Part shown: positions 13,286 through 24,893 of the stretch, one piece after another | Layout of the letters: each line of letters opens with the position of its first letter | Numbering within the stretch: position 1 is the stretch's first letter | NCBI GenBank assembly: GCA_013239625.1 | Contig: MU054391.1 | Coordinates: 3,687,130 to 3,751,129 of the forward strand | Length of the DNA: 64,000 nucleotides | Source: Lama guanicoe | Lineage: Eukaryota | Reading direction: 5' to 3' | Notes under the pieces: model-generated | What the model was told of the DNA's origin: nothing | What the model saw: the letters and a program-made list of their open reading frames with translations, nothing else | Databases searched by the model: none | Made by a program: the position numbers and the translations under genes

Positions 13286-14649
13286 TACTGTAAAAAATAG
13301 GGAAATATGAAATATTCTAGCCATTCTGCTCATAGGGAAAAAAAGCAGAAAGGGAGAATTAACTAATATAAACGTAATTAATAATAAACAATACAATGAG
13401 AAATAGTATTTATTTTGGAAAAGATTGGTTTTTGAAAACTTGCTTAAGTAGATGTGCTTCAGAGTAGGTAAAACTGGATTAAAAAAAGGAAATAAAATCA
13501 GCATAATAGTAATGCAAGAGAGGAAAGAACTACAGAGTAAAATGGACAGATAAAGGAGAGAGTATTACATACAATTCTACATCAATAAATCCAAACATCA
13601 CAAAATAAATAATCAACTTGGAAAATAAGACTTAATAAAATAAACCCAGGAAAGAGTTATAGATTCTGTAATCCAAGTTTCAAGGCGGTAATTGATGAAG
13701 GATCTGAAAAGTACTGGACAAGTTTTATAAGTAACTGTTTTATCAAGGAATAGATAAACACTCTACTATATAAGCCTTCTGTTTCTCATTTATAAAAGCT
13801 CTTTTGGGCACGTTTGGGGGTTTGTGATTTGAAGGGGTTGCTATTGTATTGTGGAGCTGATCTCACTACGAGATACAGATTATGTAGATACTTGAGAAGA
13901 GTTAACACAGCAGGTGCAGGTGCTTACAATCCTGGCGTCTCTCTCAGGAGCCTGGAGTCACGATCGAATCTGGCCAAATCCTAGAAATATGCCCTTAAAA
14001 CCTTCTTTCTGTGGTTCTGTGTATACACCTGGAGCATCGAACACACCACACCAGCTTGTCAGGATTGCTTTGCTCAAGTATCAAGACTGATGATGGGCAC
14101 TGCATTGACAGGTGGTGTCCTGGGATTAAATGACCACGACTGGTCACAGCAGGATGTGCCTACATGTCCAGCTCACCACATAAGGGCAGACCTGAGACGC
14201 AAGCGGGCTTCCCTGACCAGCTATCCCACACCTGTCCTGGGGTGGGGGCACTGCTAAAGAGAGAGTGCAACCCCAGATGGGGACGGAGTCAAAGGTCTGT
14301 GCCCACCTCTCAAGACTCCTTTGATGTTCCTCTTTGCCCTGGTGTCCTTGCTCTGCATCCTCTCCCTGGAATAAACCCTGGCTGTGAGCGTAAACTGCTC
14401 CCAAGTCCTACAAGTCCTTGTGGGTGGTGCCGAGACTCCTGAAACACAACACAATACACACACACACATACACACACGGAAATTTAATAAAATGTTCAAG
14501 GAACTCTTACTAAGAAGTACTTTGATCTTCCATTTTATTTATTTAAATACACATGCGCACAGTGACAGCTCTTTATAAATTAGTAAATTTAGTGAAATTA
14601 CACACATGAAATGAATTAAGTTACAACCAGTAAATGAGTGAACAGGACA

Positions 14650-15405
14650 GACAAAAAGTTAAAGAAGATATTTGTGATTCATATAACCAAGGAAGTACAC
14701 GCTATGCAATAAATTCCTACAGATCGATAATAAAAATGCAGAAAACCCAATAAAAAAAAAGAGGGCAAGGGATTCAAACAGGCACTTCACCAAGAGATTA
14801 TCAAAATAGCTATTAATTAAACATATAAAAAATGTGCTTAACATCATTCGTCATCAGGAAACCGGATAGTAAAACCACAGTGAGACCAACTCCACACCCA
14901 CTGAGATGACTAAAATTAAACCAGACAAAACAGAAGTCTTTCAGGGACAATCCCGAGTGAGGAAGAAGACGTGGAGCAATTGGAATGCTGACATTGTTCT
15001 GGCTGGAGTGGAACTTGGTCTGGCACTCTGGACAACTCTTTGGAGGTATTAAAGGGAGACATGTGTATACTGTATGGACCACTGATCCCACTTCTGGGTG
15101 TACACCCCACGCAGACGCATACTTATGTTGACCAAAAGGCATGGACGAGAAAAGGTACAGCAGAATAGCAGAATTCTCCAAATGCTCGTCATAATAGGAT
15201 GATCAAATGGACTGTGGTATATTCAACCAATGAACTCCCAGATGGCTATGAAAATGGAAAGTACTGCTAAACACAACAAAATGGAAAGAAATCTACACGT
15301 ATTGCGTGAAAGCAGCTATACAGAAAAAAGCAGATACCGTGGGATTCCATCCATAGGGACTTCAAAAGCGGGCAAACCTAGAGGGTGGTTTTAGAAAACA
15401 GGAGC
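14650..15405 (+). mobile_element. Old L1M-type 3' fragment
   Basis: Degenerate L1 ORF2-end/3'UTR text (aaacaggcacttcaccaagaga...catcaggaaa...aaaaccacagtgaga); abuts the duplicated segment. Confidence 0.65.
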
Positions 15406-15407
15406 AA

Positions 15408-16268
15408 CCTGACCCGGGGGAGGTGGTCCAGGAACCACGGGGAGCTCCTAGCGTGACACTGGACTGTGGCCACTACCACTGTCTATTGTGCTGTTTCCTT
15501 CCATCCTGGGCCTTTGGCCAGACCTGCTGGGGATCTGAAGGAAGGAAAAAACAAGCGTGCTTATCTTAATCTCTTTCGAAACCATGAGTTTTGGTGGGTT
15601 TCGTTCTGCAGGGCGCTGGTAAACAAGTATGGCCAGGCGGATAACGGAGCACGTTAACGCCAGGGCTCTTCTGCCCATTATCAATGGAGCGAGTACTTAG
15701 CGGAGCCATGCGCGGGGCAGATGAACACAGTTTACAGTTTTGCAAGCCCCGGCCTTATTGTCTATTTGCTATTCATGTTGAGTTTTTAAAACTTTTCAGA
15801 AATAAGTGTATTTTGGTAGCCTCATGTGTAAATTAATTGCTTGGACTAAAACAGCCATTCTTGTCTCTGGCTACATATTTGGCTGCTGAGAAACTTTAAA
15901 TAAAATATCTGTGTTGGGTCTGAACCCCAGGCTAATTACATCGTGGCATGTGGACAGACCAATGTGGGGTCCTCCAGGGGGTTCCACTGCGCAGCCAGGT
16001 CATGAACCACTGATCCTAAGGTTGCAGAGGGCACTGACAGCTAAGTTTTACATGGTCGATGCTAATATCCTGAGAGCAGTACCTGGAATTTGGGAAGTAT
16101 TTGAAAAATGTTAGCTATTATTACTGCTCTTGTTTTAGGAAACACTTCTTACTTCACTCTTAGAGTAAAATGTTCTGTTCTTGCTTTGTATGAGCTGTTT
16201 GAGCCTTGAAATCACTCAAAGGGGAGTTGCGTTTATGATCTGTTGAGGAAGCTCACAAGAAATCTCTG
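15408..16268 (+). pseudogene. Partial duplicate of RSAD2 exon 2 3' end plus intron 2 (pseudo-exon fragment)
   Basis: Aligns by eye to 22968-23792; first 40 nt match 35/40 to the exon 2 end and donor region; donor GT is GG; 15883-16230 reads identical to 23407-23754. Confidence 0.9.
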
Positions 16269-16279
16269 ATCAGAGAATG

Positions 16280-16412
16280 ACAAAGACTATAGTATTACTT
16301 ATATGTGGAATCTAAAAAATACAACAAACTAGTGCATAAAGCAGAAAAGAAGCAGATTCCCAGATACACAGAACAAACAAGTGGTTTGGAGGCTGCAGCC
16401 CACGTGGTGTGT

Positions 16413-16461
<49 letters not shown>

Positions 16462-16562
16462 GGACTATTACTCAGCCATAAAAAAGGATGAAATAATGGC
16501 ATTGCAACAACGTGGATGGACCTAGAGATTATCCTAGTAAATGAACTGAGTCAGGCAGACAA
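16280..16562 (+). mobile_element. L1 3' fragments with internal (CA)n microsatellite (about 16415-16459)
   Basis: atatgtggaatctaaaaaa and ggactattactcagccataaaaaagg motifs; starts just after the duplicated segment ends. Confidence 0.7.
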
Positions 16563-17383
16563 AAAAGTCCCTGGCTAAATAAAAATGGTGGTGACATTCA
16601 GCTGCCATCCAGTTGTGTCTGGATACCTTTAGAGACAGCCAGCTCCCAAGGAGCAGAAACCTATAAGGGGGCTGCCTTGACCTCCCTCCAGCCTACCCTG
16701 ATCTTGAGCAGTTGGAAGAAGAAATCCTCCCTGACCTTTGCCAGCCAGGACTTTGAAGAAGAAAGTCTACCACAGCTGAACCTTATTCTTAGATGAGTGG
16801 AGAAAGACAAGTTTTGAAGGAATACGCACATTTTCAAAGGATACCAAAGGCACTGTTGACTTTTGTGAGATCTTTGCCAGAAGGGACTTGCCCTTATTTA
16901 TTTCAATTGGATTCATATTTATTCATATTTTACCTGATACATGGGACATTCTCAATAAATCTTTGTTGAAGGAAAGAAGAAAGGAAGGAAAAAAAGAATC
17001 CCTGCATGAATGAAGGAGTAAAATGGATGGATGAACAAATGAATGAGTATGAGAACTGACGTGGATAGAACAGACTGAGGATGTAACAATAAAATAGTTA
17101 TTAGCAATTATCAATTACTGAGCAGTATTGCAGGTGTTTAAGTCCCAGTTCAAACCCTCACTCCCTGTGTGATGTGACATGTTTCCCCAGCTGTGAAATG
17201 AGTTAACGCCTGCAAAGTACAGCACGGTCCCTGTCACACGATGCTGCACGTTTGCTAGATATTTCTCATACTACTTCCAGTGCTGAATATATGTCATGTT
17301 GTTTAATCCTTAAAATGCTCTGGGTGAGTTAGACATTAATACCTGTATATCTGAGATGTGATAACAAGATCAAGCAGGTTAAA

Positions 17384-17447
17384 TACATACATACATACAT
17401 ACATACATACATACATACATACATACCTAATAAATAAATAAATAATA
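17384..17447. repeat. (TACA)n followed by (TAAA)n microsatellite
   Basis: Direct inspection. Confidence 0.9.
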
Positions 17448-17583
17448 CAGGCAAAAAAAAATCAGGCAGGTAAAGAAATTTACCCAAAATTAAACAATAT
17501 TGGCAATTCAGCCAAGACTCTTAAAATGTTTGGATTCAAAAGCCTGCAGGGTCACCCTCTCTGCCATACTTGATACTTGATTT

Positions 17584-17806
17584 GAAATGGAAACTGATTT
17601 GGTCTTCATTTCTTCATTCACATGTGATCAAGCACACAAAAAGTATTTCTTAATTGAGCCAGACTGAGGTCAGTTTGTAATAATGCTTTGGGCTAAGATG
17701 TCAAGGCCTTGGACCATCTCCATCATTGCAGAACCGGTAATCATTAAGCAGACACTTGCTGTTTTGCTGAATTTGCTTTCAGTTTCCTTCTTAGTGAAAT
17801 GAAAGT
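17584..17806. promoter_or_regulatory. Distal ISRE/IRF cluster in the CMPK2-RSAD2 intergenic region
   Basis: GAAATGGAAACT 17584-17595, GCTTTCAGTTTCC 17775-17787, GAAATGAAAGT 17796-17806. Confidence 0.65.
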
Positions 17807-18234
17807 TATCTTGGTTTCCATTCAAAATATAACAGCAGTAGAATAACAACAGCTAACCCCACCGGAGTGATTTTCCAGGCACCACTTCTAAGTGCTTCAC
17901 ATTAATTAGAATTTCAGTCTTCACAAATATCCCCTGGGATACCTGGACTTACAGATGAGGCATTGAAGATCCAGAGAAATGAAGTAACTTACCCAGCCAC
18001 CCAGCTAGCAAGTGATGAGCTAAGCTGTGGTTCCATAAGGTTAACCACTAGGGCTATGCCAACTTCCTGCAAGTCTCATGGAAGCCTAAGACGACACACG
18101 AGACCGAACACGATTCGGATTAGAGAGGCTAAGAGAGAGGGCATTTCAGTACGGAATGCAGCAACACTTTCTAGGAAAACTCTAAAAATAATTAAATAAA
18201 AAGCCACAGTAATTCTTACCACTGAGGAAGCACT

Positions 18235-19436
18235 TGAGTTATTAGAGAAATACATATCAAAACAACAATGAGGTTTCACCTCACGTGAGTCGGAATGGCC
18301 ACCATCAAAAAGTCAACAAACAATAAATGCTGGAGAGGATGTGGAGAAAAGGGAACCCTCCTACACTGTTGGTGGGGATGTAAATTGGTGCAGCCACTGT
18401 GGAGAACAGTATGGAGGTTCCTTAAAAAACTAAAATAGAGTTACCATACAATTCAGCAATCCTATGACTGGGCGCACATCCAGAGAAAACTCCAATTCAG
18501 AAAGACACACTCACCTGAATGTTCACAGCAGCACTATTTACAACAGCCAAGACATGGAAGTAACCTAAATGTCCATCGATGGATGACTGGCTAAAGAAGA
18601 TGTGGTACTCTATATATAGATAGATGGATGTGGTATTATATACATATAGCCATACAAAAGAATGAAATAATGCCATTTGCAGCAACATGGATGGACCTAG
18701 AGATTATTCAACTAAGTGAAGAAAGTCAGACAGAGAAAGACGAATATATGATATGTGGAATCTAAAAAAAGGATAAAAATGAAAAAAAAGGACACTGTGA
18801 ACTTATCTACAAAACAGAAACAGACTTGCAGACTTAGTAAACAATCTTAAGATTACCAGGGAAAGGGAAAAGGAAGGGATAAATTTGGAAGTGTGAGATT
18901 TACAAATGTTAGCCACTCTATATAAAAATGATTTTTAAAAAGTTTCTTCTGTATAGTATAGGGAACTATGTTCAATATCTTGTAATAACCTCTAATGAAA
19001 AAAATATGAAAACGAATATATGTATGCATATGCATGACTGGGACATTTATGCTGTACACCAGAGACTGACACATTGCAACTGACTGTACTTCAATAAAAA
19101 ATTAAAAATTAAAAAAAGATAAAAATAGATTTATTTACAAAACAGAAATAGACTCACAGACCTAGAAAACAGACTTATGATTACCAAAGAGGGGAAAGAG
19201 CGGGGTAAGTTAAGAGTTTGGGATCAGCAGATACAAACTACCTACCATATTTGCAGTAGACAAACAAGGTCCTACTCTATAACACAGGGAACTATATTCA
19301 GTGTCTTGTAATAACCTATCATGGAGAAGAATCTGAAAAAGAACAGATATGTAAATACATACAACTGAATCGCTGTGCTGTGTGTCTGAAACTAACACAG
19401 CATTGTAAATCAACCTTACTGCAATTTAAAAAAAAG
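18235..19436 (+). mobile_element. L1 3' portion with a nested second L1 3' end (about 18781-19117)
   Basis: L1 ORF2-end/3'UTR text; two polyA ends; gataaaaat repeated at 18772-18780 and 19118-19126. Confidence 0.85.
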
Positions 19437-19952
19437 CATCATCTTCAAAAAGTATCTGATTTTCTCTCTTGTCTATTAAAAGTGATACAGAAATCCATAG
19501 ACCTGCAGGAAAATATAAATGCCTAAATTTTAACACTGCCAGTGCATAAATTAAGACAAGGATAACTAAAGAAAGATGCCGGCATCGTGTCATTATGCGT
19601 CGACGCATTTTTTGTATATTGCATATATTTTTTATTGAAGTATTATCATCCTGTGCATTCTGACTGTGGTCCGAACGGGGGTCCTGCACGGGGTCAGGCA
19701 CGCTTTCCTAACAAACTCCCCCCGAGGGCCCCGTGTTCAGGGTGCGAGGTAGCAGCTGCATCACGGATGTGATGCGTGAGTGACAGCGGCTCAGAGGTGG
19801 CTGTGCCGCGGCCAGGCCCAGGGCTGCCTGCGGTGGAGGTCTGGATGAGGCGTCAGTCCCTCCACCTGCATGGCTGCGGTCTGCGCCGGCAGGCAGAGGT
19901 CAGCCGACGACCGACGGCCCCACTGCTGAGCCTCAGCCTTGGTCCTGTTCCC

Positions 19953-20064
19953 ACTTTCATTTCCATGAAGAGGAAAATCGAAACTGTACTCAGCTGAGAG
20001 TGAGTCACAGGAGGCGTGTCCGTCGTCCCCGTCGCCCGGGACAGGTTGCCGGGACACCTATAAA
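19953..20064 (+). promoter_or_regulatory. RSAD2: RSAD2 proximal promoter: two ISRE/IRF sites, AP-1 site and TATA box
   Basis: ACTTTCATTTCC 19953-19964, GGAAAATCGAAACTG 19972-19986, TGAGTCA 20001-20007, TATAAA 20059-20064, then GCCACCATG with ATG at 20107. Confidence 0.85.
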
Positions 20065-20106
20065 GGCAGGCGGGAGGCGCGCGGCAGCCTCAGGGCGCCG
20101 GCCACC

Positions 20107-20452
20107 ATGTGGACGCTCGCGCCCGTCGCGTTTGCCCTGAAAGCGCTGGGCGCCTTCGTGCAGCCCCTGGGCTCCCTGTGCAGCGGCCTGGGGCCCCTGC
20201 TGCTCTGGCTCCGGGCGGCGCTGCGGCGCGCGGGGGGCGGCGGCGCCCGGCCGCTGCCCCGGAGGGAGCGCGGGGAGACCCGCGGGCGAGGCGAGGCGGA
20301 CGGCGAGCCGCCCGCCACCCCCACCAGCGTCAACTACCACTTCACCCGGCAGTGCAACTACAAGTGCGGCTTCTGCTTCCACACGGCCAAGACGTCCTTC
20401 GTGCTGCCCCTGGAGGAGGCCAAGCGCGGGCTGCTGCTGCTGAAGGAGGCGG
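20107..20452 (+). CDS. RSAD2: RSAD2/viperin coding exon 1 (346 nt): amphipathic helix and radical-SAM CxxxCxxC motif
   Basis: [12 protein letters not shown]...[45 protein letters not shown](G); donor G|gtgagt at 20452/20453. Confidence 0.98.
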
Positions 20453-21849
20453 GTGAGTCCGCAGCCCCCGCGCCGCCGCGCGCCGGGCTGCGGGGAGGGG
20501 CCGGGGGCGCGCGCCGCTGGAGAGCTTCCCCGCAACGTCAGCCGTTCCCCGGGGCACGGTGAGGATGCCGTCCTGCCGGAGGGCGGGAAGGTGAGCTTGG
20601 GGACGGGCGCCTGGACCGTCCTAAACCGCAGAGCCGGCTGGCTGGCGGGTCCGTGGAGCAAACCCATCCTCCTGCACCTGCTGGGCGTCTGTCCGCCCTG
20701 CGTGTGGAATGAGCCAGGTCGGGGGAAGTTCTGCTGCGCTGGGTCTGTCCAAAGCATTAAGGGGCTGGGATTTTCCAGCAACAGTTAATGAGGAAAGTTT
20801 TAAACAAATACAAATGCTTTGTCTTAAGAAACGCAATGTTTGAGTCTTTTATTTTGGATTATTTACGTGCTTTTACTATGACAGTCAAACTATTCACAAC
20901 TCGAACAAGGGAAAGACTTTGCTCGCAAGACCTGCTCACTGAATGTCGCCGCATCAGTAACGCGCAGGTGTCTCAGAGAGAGCTGGGCATCCTCAGTTCT
21001 AAGGTGGCATCTTCCACTCCACATCTGTCCCTCCTTCTCCCCTTGTCTTTCCTAGGGCCCCTCCTAAACTAGCAACATCGCCCGATTTTTCTCAACTTGC
21101 TTAACTTTTTAAAAGATAGACAACACACAGGCAGAGACCTGTAGACATCCTGAATCTCACAGAGGGACCACACCCAGGTGCACAGCACAGAGATCTAGAC
21201 AAAAAACAGGGTGCCCAGAGCGCCTGCTCACTTCCCGCCCTGCCCTTCCTCCCCGGGGAACCACTCACTTGTCTTCTAACATGCAGACTAGTTTGGCCCC
21301 GTCTTGTACTTCCTACAATGAAATCGCATGTTTGCCCTTGATTGGATCTGACTTATTTTGCTCCCCCTTATGTCTGCTCAGTCACCCACAAGAGCTCAGC
21401 CAAGGACTGATCCGTCTCGCAGTTGCCAGGGGTCTAGCTCAGGGTCTCACCAGGTCTGCTGCATTCATCTCACTGTCTGCGTCCCCACTGAAAGCACGTT
21501 ACCTTACTAAAATATGTTTTTGAAGCCTTAACTCCCCCACTTAACTCTCTTACATGGTTTCCAAGCCCAAACTCATTAGCACAGCCATCAGGCTCAGTGC
21601 AGCCACGCTCTGCCCCAATGACTTAAGGGTCCTATGCTGTGGGCATGTCATGTCATACCCATCCCCCCCAAAACCTGAGCCATCAAGCCTGTAACAGCAC
21701 TGTTCTCTCCTCCTGGGATGCCCATCACCCCAGTCTCCACTGGTGAACTTTCCAAGCTCTTTAGAATTATTCCTGGTCCTTTTCATGCAGGATGAATCCC
21801 TCTCTGTGTCATTTGTGATCACATGACACTTGTTACAAATGCATATTAT

Positions 21850-22320
21850 AGCAGGTTTTATTTTTTTAATTGAATGAAAGACTCTTCTTTAATGCTTTTC
21901 AATTTTCAAAAGTTTCACCTATATGATTTCATAGAATCCCATTTTAAACCTTTCCCCCCCCCACTACTATGTAAGTGGCGGGAGTCTGCTTCATTTTTGC
22001 TTATTCACTAGTTTGTGGTACTTTTTTAGATTCCATACATAAGTGATAGCACACAGTGTCTGTCTTTCTCTGTCTGACTTATTTCACTTAGCATAATACC
22101 TTCCAAATCCATCCATGTTGCTGCAAATGGCAAAACTTCATTATTTTTTATAAATGAATAGTATTCTATAGTATATATTTATATATATACCATGTCTTCT
22201 TTATCCATTCACCTGTTGGTGGACACTTTTAATAAGTGTAAAAGCTTTCACACAGTAGGAACCACCAACAAAATGAAAAGACAGCTGATGGATGGGAGAA
22301 GATATCTGCAAACGATTTGA
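21850..22320 (-). mobile_element. L1 fragment in RSAD2 intron 1 with an inverted segment (about 22228-22320)
   Basis: Minus-strand L1 3' text (tttagattccatacataagtgata...ctttatccattca) directly joined to plus-strand ORF2 text (aaaatgaaaagacag...tgggagaagatatctgcaaac). Confidence 0.65.
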
Positions 22321-22837
22321 CCCTTCTAAGCTCTTAACTATGTCTCTACATCCTGTTCCTTCCATTCTCTCATTCTTCCATCCCCTCTAAACCTGCCCCT
22401 CAGATTCATCACTGGCTACACCACTGGCCAATACACCGTTTCACCTTCTCCAGCTACCTGCCCCTGTTTAAGCACACTTTTAGGGGACACTGCTTTTATT
22501 TGATAATAATGATCGTCACACAAGCTGCGTCCTCGCAGGTTAGCTGATGAATAGTGAGGTGATGTAATGTATCACCGTCCCACTGTAGAAACATCTGAGA
22601 GTAAAAGAGGGTGTTAGAGATGACTGCCTGGTGAGATGTGGTTCTCAGGACAGCAGGACCGTCCCTGGGAAGCTAGGATAGAGGGTGACGAGACCTCAAA
22701 AGACCAAGGGCTTTGGAGATCAGGGACACCTCCCAGCCCCATTTTTCCCTAGTCTCATTCTCTGTTGCCATTAAAGTAATAATGGAAGTTGGCCAAGTGG
22801 AAAAAGAGAAGGAAAATCCATGTGCTGTCTGTCCCAG

Positions 22838-22999
22838 GTATGGAGAAGATCAACTTCTCGGGTGGAGAGCCCTTTATCCACGACCGGGGCGAGTATCTCG
22901 GCAAGCTGGTGAGATTCTGCAAAGAGGAGCTGCAGCTGCCCAGTGTGAGCATCGTGAGCAATGGGAGCCTGATCCGGGAGAGGTGGTTCAGGAACTACG
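22838..22999 (+). CDS. RSAD2: RSAD2 coding exon 2 (162 nt)
   Basis: cccag|GTATGGAG...AACTACG|gtgagc; encodes [53 protein letters not shown]. Confidence 0.98.
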
Positions 23000-23792
23000 G
23001 TGAGCTCTGCGTGTGACACTGGACTGTGGCCGCTACCGTGGTCCAGTGCGTTCTTTCCTTCCATCCTGGGCCTTCGGCCAGGCCTGCTGGGGATCAGGAG
23101 GGACAGAAAGACAAATGTGCTTATTCTCTTCTCTTTGCAAGCTGTGCACGGGGTTTTGGTGGGTTTCATTCTGTAGGGCTCTGGGTAAACAAGTATGTCC
23201 GCTATCAATGGAGCAAGTGTTTAGCGGAACCACGAGCGGGGCAGATGAACACACTTTACAGTTTTGCAAGCCCCGACCTTATTGTTTGTTTGCTATTCAT
23301 GTTGAATTTTTAAAATATTTATGGAAATAAGTGTATTTGGTAGTCTCATGTATAAATTAATTGCTTGGACTAAAACAGTTGTTCTTGTCTCTGGCTACAT
23401 ATTTGACTGCTGAGAAACTTTAAATAAAATATCTGTGTTGGGTCTGAACCCCAGGCTAATTACATCGTGGCATGTGGACAGACCAATGTGGGGTCCTCCA
23501 GGGGGTTCCACTGCGCAGCCAGGTCATGAACCACTGATCCTAAGGTTGCAGAGGGCACTGACAGCTAAGTTTTACATGGTCGATGCTAATATCCTGAGAG
23601 CAGTACCTGGAATTTGGGAAGTATTTGAAAAATGTTAGCTATTATTACTGCTCTTGTTTTAGGAAACACTTCTTACTTCACTCTTAGAGTAAAATGTTCT
23701 GTTCTTGCTTTGTATGAGCTGTTTGAGCCTTGAAATCACTCAAAGGGGAGTTGCATTTATGATCTGTTGAGGAAGTTCACAGAAAATCTCTG
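22968..23792 (+). repeat. Source copy of the local duplication (RSAD2 exon 2 end and intron 2)
   Basis: Direct repeat of 15408-16268; identical 67-aa spurious ORFs at 15911 and 23435, offset 7524. Confidence 0.92.
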
Positions 23793-24541
23793 CTGGTGAA
23801 GATGGTGAGGAAATGGAGGTGGGAGGATGGAGAGGGCAGGTGTGGATGTGGGTAGCATATCCTATTGGATGAAGGTTCACAGGAAGACCAGAAGGCAGTT
23901 AGTTAACATCAAACCATCTGGGAAGGGAGTCACTCAGTCAAAGAGGGGTTCAGAAGTTTAAAAGGAAGCTTTGGAACCGTATTCAGAGAGAGAAGACAGG
24001 TTAGGGAGAAATGTGAGCAGAGAATAATCAGTTGGGTTTGCCAGCTGTGTCCCCAGGCGCCACTCTCCCTCCAAAATGGGGTCCACACGCTTGTCAGTGT
24101 GGTGTGAAGACTGGGGGCCAGAGGACTGCTGTATCTGAGGGTCAAAAGCTCAGATGCTTGTATGGGAGAGGTGGTGCATGTTAGCAAATTTGGAAGTGCG
24201 TAAGGAAAACCAGCGTTAGTGGTGGGGAGACAATCCGGAAGTGGGAGGTCTACTCAGAGCCGACACGCGGACAGCCAGGTGTGAGTTTCCACCGATTTTC
24301 ACACTACAGCGGAGTTCAGGGTTGGCGTTGCCATACGCTCCCGTTATTAAAGACGCATAATAGCTCTACAGTCTGTGTTAAATCTCCCAAATAAGAACAC
24401 TTGCAAACGTTCTGAAATACTGTCGGATGTCACGAGGAGCAAACATGATGATGCGTCCCTATGTGGTCCCTAATCCTCTGGCTTAAAGACCTGATATCTG
24501 ATCCTAGGACGGAAAAGACTAAAGTGGTCGTTTTCCCTCAG

Positions 24542-24771
24542 GTGAATATTTGGACATTCTCGCCATCTCCTGTGACAGCTTTGACGAGCAAGTCAATGTC
24601 CTTATTGGCCGTGGTCAAGGAAAGAAGAACCACGTGGAAAATCTCCAAAAATTGAGGACCTGGTGTAGGGATTACAGAGTGGCCTTCAAGATAAATTCTG
24701 TCATCAATCGATTCAACGTAGACGAGGATATGAGGGAACAAATTAGAGAACTGAACCCTGTCCGCTGGAAG
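24542..24771 (+). CDS. RSAD2: RSAD2 coding exon 3 (230 nt)
   Basis: ctcag|GTGAATAT...TGGAAG|gtaagc; encodes [76 protein letters not shown]. Confidence 0.98.
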
Positions 24772-24893
24772 GTAAGCACCATATCTCTTTTCTGATTGTA
24801 GTTAAGAGAACATTCAGAAGAGACTGGCTTGAGTGAAACTAAAGGTACAGAGAGCTCTGGACACGGTGAGCCAGTCAAGAAAGTGGGTCCTTG

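Noticed and set aside
15911..16114. Identical 67-aa ORF pair (also 23435-23638) as a duplicated microprotein gene
   Set aside because: Starts at GTG, overlaps a MER5-like relic, and identity is explained by the DNA-level duplication
20005..20781. 258-aa antisense ORF over RSAD2 exon 1
   Set aside because: Non-ATG start and a consequence of high GC3 on the sense strand
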